Positions 47,998-57,799 of a DNA stretch of 57,799 nucleotides are shown piece by piece. Both the position numbers and the translations under genes were made by a program. A model generated the notes under the pieces. The model made no database searches. It was not told the origin of the DNA and saw nothing but the letters and a program-made list of their open reading frames with translations. The stretch's first letter is position 1, and every line of letters starts with the position of its first letter. The DNA is from Chiloscyllium plagiosum (Eukaryota): assembly GCF_004010195.1 (NCBI RefSeq), contig NC_057757.1, forward strand, positions 3,750,149 to 3,807,947, in the 5' to 3' direction.

Positions 47998-49279
47998 GTG
48001 AGCGGCCTTCCCTGCACGGCCCACCAGCACTCCAGCCCATCACGCTCCTCCCTGTCGTCCCACCCTCCTCCTCCTCCGTCCCATCACCCTCCTCCCACCC
48101 CCCACTCTCCTCTTCCTCCCCCAGTCTCCTCCTACCACACCACTCTCCTCCTCCTCCTCCTCACCCCCCCACTCTCCCCATTGTCTCTCTTCCCTCCCCC
48201 ACTCTCCTCATCCTCTCTCTACTCCCCCCATCCTCATGCACCTTTTATTTTGTTGACAGAGCAAGATCCTACGAGCTGATGGTGGACTAAAGAGGAGGTG
48301 GGATAGTGGAGGGAAAGTTTTGAAGGTTTCTGACGAGGGAGGGACGGGGTTGGTGAGGTGTGGAAGGGGCTGTTTTTCCCCAGTGACTGCGAATGGCCTG
48401 CCCACCAGGAGGCGCTAGTAGTCAAGGCTGTGAGTGCTTCGGGGGGGGAAGTTCAGACAGGCATTCGAGGGGAAGGGAAGGTAAACTCTTGGGGCCAGAG
48501 CCTATGGTGGGATTGAGGTGAGGTTAACAAGGCTGCTCTGCGGGGTAGAAGATGGGCCAACTGGCCTCCTGAAAGGAGCCACTCGTGGGCACCATTGGCT
48601 GGGCTAGCATTCGGTTGCTCCAGAGGGAACCCCAAGAGTTGATACCTGTCCCTGCAGGCATGGAGTCACGTGTATGTCCGAGCAGGTAGATTCAATCTCT
48701 TCCATGGGGATTAGCCGACCAGATGGGCTACAATTTCACAACGGTCTTTGTTAGATGCGTTAATTCCAGACTTTGGAGTCAAAGGTCAAGTCCGACCCTT
48801 CTCTCTGGGTGGTCTTCATGCATTGGTTTCCAACCAACCCTTCCTTTGTCCCCCTGCACACCCCCCAGGTTCAGCGTGCAGTCTGCCTCCAATCCCTGAG
48901 ATCTGGCAGCGATTTAAGAGGGAACGGTGCGGGCATGGGTTGCTGGAATTGGGAGTGGGCACGATTGGCATGTTGCTCAGAGTTGGCCAAGACAGAGCAG
49001 GAGGGGATTACCGAGGACGACAAAGTCGAGGATAGTCCAGTCAGCCTGAATGGCTTACCTCTGCTCCCTTGCTGCATGCTCTTACATTGAGGGCTCTTGT
49101 GGTGCAGTGGTAGTGTCCCCCTCAGAAGGCCCCCATGTTAAAGGTTAAGGAATCGAGAAGCTTCGAGTCACAGCATATCCAGGCCTGTGATTGCAGCTTA
49201 CCTTCGTCTGGCCTCAATACTCTGTTTTCTTTGCTTGGAGTCCACACCCAGGCTCGAGCAATCAAGTCAGTGAGCACAG

Positions 49280-49960
49280 ATCAAAGAGACCTTGGAGTGC
49301 AGGTTCATAGCTCCTTGAAAGTGGAGTCGCAGGTCGATAGAATAGTGAAGGAGGTGTTTGGTATGCTTTCCTTTATTGGACAGAGCATTGACTACAGGAG
49401 TTGGGAGGTCATGTTGCAGCTGTACAGGTTTGGCCACTTTTGGAATATTGCGTGAAATTCTGGTCTCCTTCCTATCGGAAAGATGTTGTGAAACTTGAAA
49501 GGGTTCAGAAAAGATTCACAAGGATGTTGCCAGGGTTGGTGGATTTCAGCTATAGGGAGAGGCTGAACAGGCTGGGGCTGTTTTCCCTGGAGCATCGGAG
49601 GCTGAGGGGTGACCTTATCGAGGTTTATAAAATCATGAGGGGCATGGATAGGATAAATAAATTTTCCCTGGGGTGGGGGAGTCCAGAACTAGAGGGCATA
49701 GGTTTAGGGTGAGAGGGGAAAGATATATAAAAAAGACCAAAGGGGCAACTTTTTCACGCAGAGGGTGGTACGTGTATAGAATGAGCTGCCAGAGGAAGTG
49801 GTGGAGGCTGGTACAATTGCAACATTTAAAAGGCATTTGGATGGGTATATGAATAGGAAGGGTTTGGAGGGTTATGGGCCGGGTGCTGGCAGGGACTAGA
49901 TTGGGTTGGACGAGTTGGAACGAAGGGTCTGTTTCCATGCCGCACACATCTATGACTCTG
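49280..49960 (+). mobile_element. CR1 LINE 3' fragment
   Basis: PLLEYCVKFWSPSYRKDVVKLERVQKRFTRMLPG...LRGDLIEVYKIMRG. Confidence 0.92.
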
Positions 49961-50106
49961 AGATCAGTCACCGGTCGAACAGCAGAGCAAACCCCGCTCT
50001 GTGGTTGGTGATGTCCTTTTGATTTTGTTTTAAAAAGGATTTCTCTCCTTCCCCACCTCCCTGCCCGCCCCCCCCCCACCGTCTCTTCTTTTTTCCCCCT
50101 CCGAAG

Positions 50107-50311
50107 CTGGTAAAGACGGCAGAATTGGATCCAAAACACAACTATCTGTTTGGCTTCCACCCACACGGGGTCCTTGTGGCCGGAGCTTTTGGCAACTTCT
50201 GCACCGAAGCTACCGGCTTCTCTCGTCTCTTCCCCGGCCTCACCTCCTACCTCCTGATGCTGCCGTTCTGGTTTAAGATGCCATTTTACAGAGAGTATAT
50301 CATGTGTGGAG
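50107..50311 (+). CDS. MOGAT3: MOGAT exon 3 with the catalytic HPHG motif, [38 protein letters not shown]...REYIMCG
   Basis: Polypyrimidine tract, then aag|CTG...GAG|gtaaga, 205 nt. Contains the HPHG DGAT2-family active-site motif. Confidence 0.95.
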
Positions 50312-50389
50312 GTAAGATCAGTGACTGCGTTCCCTTCTCTACGTCCTGCCAGCTGTGTCTATTTTCTCGCTCTTCCCTGCAGTGGCACT

Positions 50390-50842
50390 GCCCCTGGCAA
50401 AGCTAACATTTATTACCTGGCCCCTAGTTGCCCCCTTGAGAAGGTGGGGGTGAGCTGCCTTCTTGACCCGCTGCAGCCCTGTATGGTGTAGGGACACCCA
50501 CACAGCGCTGTTCGGGAGGGAGTTCCTGGATTCTGACCCAGCGACACTGAAGGAACAGCCGATATATTTCCAAGTCGGGATGGCGAGGGGCTCGGAGGGG
50601 AACTTGCGGGGGTGGTGGTGTTCCCATGTATCTGCTGCCCCTAGTCCTTCCAAATGGAAGTGGCCATGGGTTTGGAAGGTGCTGTCTGAGAATCTTTCGC
50701 GAATTGATGCAGTGCATCTTTTAGGTGGTACACACTGCTGCCACTGAGCGTCGGTGAGGGAGGGAGGGGATGTTTGTGCGTGTGGTGCCAATCAAGCGGG
50801 TGTTGCTTTGTCCCTGGATGGTGTCGGGCTTCTTGAGTGTTG
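50390..50842 (-). mobile_element. 3' end of the second LINE family
   Basis: GLQRVKKAAHPHLLKG, homologous to the other copies. Confidence 0.75.
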
Positions 50843-50866
50843 TTAGAGCTGTCCCCATCCACACTC

Positions 50867-50998
50867 GTGTGTGTGTGTGTGTGTGAGCGAGAGTGAGAGA
50901 CACACACACAGGATGTGTGATTAGAGTGTGTGTGTGTGTGAGAGCGAGAAAGACACACACAGGATGTGTGATTAGAGAGTGTGTGTGTGTATGTGTGT
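50867..50998. repeat. (GT)n/(CA)n compound microsatellite with a local duplication
   Basis: gtgtgt runs and a duplicated acacacacaggatgtgtgattagag. Confidence 0.85.
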
Positions 50999-51639
50999 TT
51001 TGAAGATTATAGTTAATTGCAGACCTTAGCTGCTGAGTGACCCAGTTAACATTGCCTCTCCTGTTCCTGATTGAAAAAGAACCTTTTGCATTTATGTAGC
51101 ACCTTTCCTGACCACGGGACATCCTAATTGCCTTACCAATATAATGCAGTCACTGCTTATAATGTTGGGAATGACCTGGGGGAGTAATGTTTCATTGATA
51201 AATGCCACCTCAGACAATGTGGCGATTAACTGTTCAGTATCCACCTATTAGAGGGTAATGTAACTTAACCTCTGCTTGAAAAGGTAGATTAGTTTTTCTC
51301 TGCTCTAGTCTTTGGAGTGAGATCTCGCAATCTCCATAGCAACAAGGGAGTGGGCGACTGCCTGGAATTGTCAATGGTAACGTCTATCTGATGTAGCAAC
51401 CCCTTGGCCGCTGAAACACTGAGCGCTAACCTGGCCAAACAGAAAGGGTTGCTGGGTAATTGGCCAAGTGAAACAGTGAAATCACAAAACCCAGACACCA
51501 GACACTGTGCAAACACATCACCCAGGTGCTAATGACATTAGCAGAATGCAACAGTTATCCAGGACAGACATATCCCCACCACCAATGGAGAGCTGAGACC
51601 GAAGGTTATCAGTTCCTGCTACACAACAAAACTAACAGT

Positions 51640-52040
51640 AGCAGCATGGTAGTTCAGTGGTTAGCACTGCTGCCTCACTGCACCAGGGACTCAGGTTGGA
51701 TCCCAGCCTTGGGCGACTGTCTGTGTGGAGTTTGCACGTTCTGCCCGTGTCTGCGTGGGTTTCCTCCAGGTGCTCCGGTTTCCTCCCACAATCCAACAAT
51801 GTGCGGGTTAGGGTGGATTGGCCGTGCAAAATTGCCCATAGTGCCCAGGGATGTGCAGGTTAGGGTGGATTGGCTGTGCTAAATTGCCCATAGGTGCCCA
51901 GGGATGTGCAGGTTAGGGTGGGCTAGCCATGGGAAATGCAGGTTTACAGTGATAGGGGAGGTGAGCCTGGGAGGGATGCTCTTTAGAGGGGTCGGTGCCG
52001 ACTCGATGGGCTGAATGGCCTGCTTCCACACTGTAGGGAT
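51640..52040 (+). mobile_element. HE1-type V-SINE in MOGAT intron 3
   Basis: Head, V-domain, about 3 internal repeats and tail. Confidence 0.88.
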
Positions 52041-52239
52041 GAGCAGCAAGCCATCCAAAAGATTGACCAACTATGAAGCGAGGCTCCCCGATTGGCTAGA
52101 GAGTTGCAGAAAACCATCCAGAAAGATATAAAAACAGGATTTACTGTCAGACTGATCCTTGAGACCCACTGACCGTCCAGAGAGAAAGCAGCTACACAGT
52201 CCAACAGAGACCCACTGCCTCTGCAAATCTGCAAGGAAA

Positions 52240-53045
52240 TTGAGATAAATGCGAGGTGCTGCATTTTGGAAAGACGAATCAGAGCAGGCCTTATACACTT
52301 CATGGTAAGGTCCTGCGGAGTGTTGCTGAACAAAGAGACCTTGGACTGCAGGTCCATTGCTCCTTGAAAGTGGAATCACAGGTTAGACAGGATAGTGAAG
52401 AAGGCATTTGGTATGCTGTCCTTTATTGGTCAGAGCACTGAGTATAGGAGTTGGGAGGTCATGTTACGGTTGTACAGAACATTGGTGAGGCCATTTTTGG
52501 ATTACTGCATGCAATTCTCATCTCCTTCCTATTGGAAGGATGTTGTGAAACTTGAAAGGGTTCAGAAAAGATTTACAAGGATGTTGCCAGGTTTGGAGGG
52601 TTTGAGCTACAGGGAGAGGCTGAACAGGCTGGGGCTGTTTTCCCTGGAGCACGGAGGCTGAAGGGTGACCTTCTAGAAGTTTATAAAATCATGAGTGATG
52701 TGGATAGGGTAAATGGGCAAAGTCTTTTCCCTGGGGTGGAGGAAGTCCAGAACTAGAGGGCATAGGTTTAGGGTGAGAGGGGAAAGATGTAAAAGGAGAC
52801 CTAAGGGGCAACTTTTTCACAGAGAGGGTGGTGCGTGTATGGAATGAGCTGCCAGAGGAAGTGGTGGAGGCTGGTACAATAACAACATTTGAAAGGCATC
52901 TGGATGGGTATATGAATAGAAAGGGTTTAGAGGGATTTGGGCCAAGTGCTGGAAAATGGGACTAGGTTGGGTTGGGATATCTGATCGTCATGGACATGTT
53001 GGACCGAAGGGTCTGTTTCTGTGCTGTACATCTCCACAACTCTCT
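52240..53045 (+). mobile_element. CR1 LINE 3' fragment
   Basis: LHFGKTNQSRPYTLHGKVL and KKAFGMLSFIGQS peptides plus a 3' UTR. Confidence 0.92.
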
Positions 53046-53566
53046 GACTATAATTGGGAAAGACTGAAAGGTGAAGGAGCTGAATGGGATTAGAGATCGT
53101 ATTGTTTTGCAGACAAAAGCCATTGTAATTTTGTTCCCCAGAAAGTTGGTGCTGCCTTTCATTCGTAGCGGTTTGTAATTTGACCAGTTTGGTATCCTGG
53201 GAGATTCATCGATAACATTCTGGTCAAACCTATCTGACTTACTTCAATGAGGAACTTTATCACATGAGGCTGCTGCTGTTCAGTGCACTGTGTTTGCTCC
53301 CTTGCTTGAGGAGAGATGTAGTTGTATTGCAAGCTGTTCTGAGGAGATTCACTCAGTTCAATACCAGAGATTGAGGGGTTTGTTTTACAAACAGAGATTG
53401 AGCCAACTAGGGCTGGTGATTGGAAGGAGGAGAGGAGTCTAACTGAGGGCTATAAGATGCTTGAAGGGCATTGACAAATTGGATTTAGAGAGAGTGTTTC
53501 CCCACACGAGGCAACCTGGAATGAGAGGTCACAGTTTAAGGAAAAGGGCAGCAGATTTAAAACCGT

Positions 53567-53835
53567 GGAATCAAAGAATCCCTACAGTGTGGAAACAGGC
53601 CCTTCGGCCCAACAAGTCCACACCAGCCCTCTGAAGAGTAACCCACCCAGACCCCTGCCCTATATTTAACCATGACTAATGCACCAAACCTATACATCCC
53701 TGAACACTATGGGACAATTTAGCACAGCCAATCCACCCTAACCTGCACATCCCTGAACACTATGGGACAATTTATCACGACCAATCCACCCTAACCTGCA
53801 CATCCCTGAACACTATGGGACAATTTAGCACAGCT
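53567..53835 (-). mobile_element. HE1-type SINE, 3' part
   Basis: Tail gaatccctacagtgtggaaacaggcccttcggccc and internal repeats. Confidence 0.85.
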
Positions 53836-54797
53836 GAAAATATGTTGCTGGAGAAGCGCAGCAGGTCAGGCAGCATCCAGGGAACAGGATTGGGCCGAAG
53901 GGCCTGTTTCCACACTGTAAAGTAATCTAAAAAAAATCTAATCTAATCTAATCTGTGTAATTCACTCCTGCAGAGTGCGGGGGAGGCTGGGATACAGAGT
54001 TTAAGGAGGAGAGAGGCAGATTTTTGGTTGGCAAACTGGCGATTTGTTGGGGAGGGATAAGATGATAAGAAGAGAGAAAGAGATTTGACTCTTATCATTT
54101 ACCTCTGAATAAGGTGAAGATAAAGTTGCTTCCACAGCAACAGGGCTGCTCTCTTGTTAGAGGGAGGACTTGGTGGGGGGGGGGGGGCGTTTAACCTGAG
54201 GCCTTCAGGCTAAGGGGAGAGGTTGAGAAGGAGGATCTTTGATGGGAATCAAACCCATGGTGTCACGCTGCATCGCAAACCAGCCAACTGAACATCAACC
54301 CCCTCCCAAATCACTAAGCGGATTTCCACAGGGAATACTGAATGAACACACGTTGAAAAAGAGGCCTTCGATTTATTGTGAGATTCTGTGAGCTCTTTAT
54401 CTGTGAGCAGCGCCAAAGGATGTCCTCTCGGAATATTGGGTGAACACGCAAGCCGGGCTGGCCTTAGTTTGACTGCAGGATTCTTTTGAGTCCTTCATCC
54501 GTGAGCAATGCCAAAGGAAGTCTGTGGGAATAATTAGTGTGCACATGTCCGATTTATGGAGAGATTCCTTGAGTCCTTTATCCGTGAACAATGCCAAAGG
54601 ATGTCCATATGAATAACTAGTGTGCATATGTCAGAAATTGGTCTTCAATTTATGGCGAGATTCTTTGAGTCCTTTATCTGTGAGCAATGCCACGGGAGGA
54701 TGTTAAATGTAATATGAAAGCTTCCCCTCTGATGTTTTGTCACCTCTTCTCATTTTTTTTTTGTTGTTGCTGCCTTTTTGTCACCCTGCGATCACAG

Positions 54798-54972
54798 GAC
54801 TGGTCTCTTCAGAGAAGAAGAGTGCCAATTACATTCTGAGCCAAGAGGGTGGTGGTCACGTGGCAGTGTTGGCAGTGGGAGGTCCCCCAGAGTCGCTGGA
54901 TGCCCGTCCAGGTGCCCTGAAGCTGCGGGTGCTGGGGAGGAAGGGGTTCATCAAATTGGCGCTGAAGACCGG
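54798..54972 (+). CDS. MOGAT3: MOGAT exon 4, (G)LVSSEKKSANYILSQEGGGHVAVLAVGGPPESLDARPGALKLRVLGRKGFIKLALKT(G); later exons not seen
   Basis: cacag|GA...GG|gtaagg, 175 nt. Contains the GGxxE and RKGF motifs, and phases are consistent across exons 1-4. Confidence 0.94.
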
Positions 54973-56269
54973 GTAAGGGAAAGTTGAGTTGGTAATAGGT
55001 GGGGCACATCGGGAGGGCAGACATAGGCCAGTGGACGGGGCAGCTGAAGGAGGTTGGTACCTCTCCCGTGGCAAAGGGCTTATCCTCTTTTGACGTGGCT
55101 ACAGGAGTGTACAACACCGATACAGAAGGGGTGTTTCTCACCGGTTATTGGGGTGTGTGGAGGTTTTCTGGGACTTAGAATAATTGCGAGGTTCATTCAA
55201 TCCTTTATCCATGAGAAATGCCTAAGTGGGCCCACCAAGAATAACCTGCACCCATCAGACAGGAAGCCATGCTGGTCTTCGCTTCTGTTGAGTCCTTTAT
55301 CCGTGAGCAATGCCACGGGATGATGTGAAATCTAATTTGAAAAGTCAGACGAGAGACGAGGAGGAAGTCCACCCCTGGAATTGTTGTGGAAATTTTGAAT
55401 TGATTTCCCTCCCCTACCCCCCAAACAGCTGTGAACTGTCAATCGTTGGTATCTGTTCACAGTTGATGTNNNNNNNNNNNNNNNNNNNNNNNNNNNNNNN
55501 NNNNNNNNNNNNNNNNNNNNNNNNNNNNNNNNNNNNNNNNNNNNNNNNNNNNNNNNNNNNNNNNNNNNNNNNNNNNNNNNNNNNNNNNNNNNNNNNNNNN
55601 NNNNNNNNNNNNNNNNNNNNNNNNNNNNNNNNNNNNNNNNNNNNNNNNNNNNNNNNNNNNNNNNNNNNNNNNNNNNNNNNNNNNNNNNNNNNNNNNNNNN
55701 NNNNNNNNNNNNNNNNNNNNNNNNNNNNNNNNNNNNNNNNNNNNNNNNNNNNNNNNNNNNNNNNNNNNNNNNNNNNNNNNNNNNNNNNNNNNNNNNNNNN
55801 NNNNNNNNNNNNNNNNNNNNNNNNNNNNNNNNNNNNNNNNNNNNNNNNNNNNNNNNNNNNNNNNNNNNNNNNNNNNNNNNNNNNNNNNNNNNNNNNNNNN
55901 NNNNNNNNNNNNNNNNNNNNNNNNNNNNNNNNNNNNNNNNNNNNNNNNNNNNNNNNNNNNNNNNNNNNNCAAGCAGCAGGGGATGCTGGGTAGATAGGCC
56001 AAGTCAAACTCTGAAGTCACAAAACCCACACACCAGACACAGCCCCATCAGGGATGGACTTCCAGGATTCTGACCCAGCGTCACAGAAGGATCAGCCGAT
56101 GTATTTCCAAGTTAAGATGGTGAGGGGCTTCAAGGGGAACTTGCAAAGGAAGGTGTATCTGCTGCTCATCGGCACATCCACATCTGACTCCTAACTCTCT
56201 CAAAATCTGAAAATCTCAAAATCCATCACTATCCTGGATGCAGTCCATGATTGAGTATCTGGGATTGAG

Positions 56270-56995
56270 AATTCCAAATACTCGTTAAGTGCAAATGTCA
56301 TGGAATACAGGGAGAACTAGCCATTTGGATACAGAACTGGGTCAAAGGTAGAAGACAGAGGGTGATGGCGGAGGGTTGTTTTTTAGACTGAGGCCTGTGA
56401 CCAGTGGAGTGCCACAAGGATCGGGTGCTGGGCCCTCTACTTTTCATCATTTATATAAATGATTTGGATGTGAGCATAAGAGGTACAGTTAGTAAGTTTG
56501 CAGATGACACCAAAATTGGAAGTGTAGTGGACAGCGAAAAAGGTTACCTCAGATTACAATGGGATCTTGATCAGGTGGGCCAATGGGCCGAGGAGTGGCA
56601 GATGGAGTTTAATTTAGATAAATGCGAGGGGTGCTGCATTTTGGGAAAGCAAGTCAGAGTAGGATTTATACACTTAATGTTAAGGTCCTAGGGAGTGTTG
56701 CTGAACAAAGAGACCTTGGAGTTCAGGTTCATAGCTCCTTGAAAGTGGAGTCGCAGACAGATAGGATAGTGAAGAAGGTGTTTGGTATGCTTTCCTTTAT
56801 TGGTCAGAGCATTGAGTACAGAAGTCGGGAGGTCATGTTGCAACTGTACAGGATATTGGTTAGGCCACTTTTGGAATATTGTGTGCAGTTCTGGTCTCAG
56901 TCCTATCAGAAAGATGTTGTGAAACTTGAAAGGGTTCAGAAAAGGTTTACAAGGATGTTGCCAGGGAGAGGCTGAACAGGCTGGGGCTGTTTTCA
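56270..56995 (+). mobile_element. CR1 LINE reverse-transcriptase fragment
   Basis: VLGPLLFIIYINDLD...SKFADDTKIG (RT core), frameshifted. Confidence 0.93.
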
Positions 56996-57100
56996 CACCT
57001 GGATATGAGCCACATGGATACCAACTGAGTCGACGAGAAGCGACTCAATAAATTTTGCTAAACTCCCAGCAAAATACTCAGAATGAGGGAGTGCTGCACT

Positions 57101-57290
57101 GTCTCTATATCCCAAAGTTAGACCCACACTGGGAGCACTGTGCACAGTTCCAGTCTCTATATCCCTCAGTTAGACCCACACTGGGAGCACTGTGCACAGA
57201 TAACATCTCTATATCCCTCAGTTAGACCCACACTGGGAGCACTATGCACAGATACCATCTCAATATCCCTCAGTCAGACCCACACTGGGA
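57101..57290. repeat. ~52-53-bp tandem repeat (tctctatatccctcagttagacccacactgggagcactgtgcacag...), about 3.5 copies
   Basis: Tandem copies directly visible. Confidence 0.85.
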
Positions 57291-57594
57291 GTTCAGTTAT
57301 GGGGTTTGGAGGCTGTCTCCTAGGATACAAAAGTGACAATATTGTTATGTGGAAATTTAAAATCTAAGGGTGAGAGACGACAATCCATTGAGGACATGGG
57401 TTATTCTTCTGGGCCTTCTTCTGTTTGAGAGTACAGATCATCATGTCAGAGGGTCAGTGCTGAGGGAGTGCCGCACTGTCAGAGGGTCAGTGCTTATTAG
57501 AAATGCAGTTTCTGTTTACATCAATCTAAAAGGCAGTTTCTGAACATAGTAACAGAAGTCAAAAGGTAATTAGCTCACCCCACCCCCACCCCCA

Positions 57595-57799
57595 TTCCCT
57601 GGAGCATCAGAGGCTGAGGGGTGACCTTATAGAGGGTTACAAAATCATGAGGGAGTCCCGAACTAGATGGCATAGGTTTAGGGTGAGAGGAGAAAGATAT
57701 AAAAGAGACCTAAGAGGCAACTTTTTCACACAGAGGGTGGTGCATGTATGGAATGAGCTGCCAGAGGAAGTGGTGGATGTGGGTACAATTACAACATTT
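57595..57799 (+). mobile_element. CR1 LINE 3' fragment, cut by the window edge
   Basis: ggctgaggggtgaccttatagag...gagctgccagaggaagtggtgg. Confidence 0.88.

Overview
This is vertebrate genomic DNA, almost certainly shark/elasmobranch, judged from HE1-type V-SINEs, HER1/CR1 LINEs and Penelope-like elements. It comes from a gapped draft assembly with five N-runs, two of them exactly 500 N. Three spliced genes can be read directly from the sequence. PELP1 lies on the minus strand as eight in-phase GT-AG exons (4430-16501, 822 nt); its first coding exon was not found and its 3' part runs off the left edge. TM4SF5 is represented only by its first coding exon (25138-25308, +). A MOGAT/DGAT2-family acyltransferase, best read as MOGAT3 (fish mogat3 type), has exons 1-4 at 43865-54972 (+). 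An unassigned 68-nt minus-strand exon (36725-36792) could encode a signal peptide. A ~5.25-kb array of 31-bp monomers, organised as a 341-bp higher-order repeat, sits where PELP1 intron 1/exon 1 should be. The rest is mostly decayed CR1/L2-type LINEs, two SINE families, Penelope-derived pieces carrying minimal hammerhead-ribozyme motifs, solo LTRs, a Tigger-like MITE and several minisatellites. Most ORFs in the supplied track are repeat or gap artefacts. I found no convincing novel multi-gene system. The best leads are the orphan exon, the hammerhead motifs, the higher-order repeat and the PELP1-TM4SF5-MOGAT3 linkage. Gene and repeat assignments rest on recalled homologue sequences, not database searches, and repeat boundaries are approximate.
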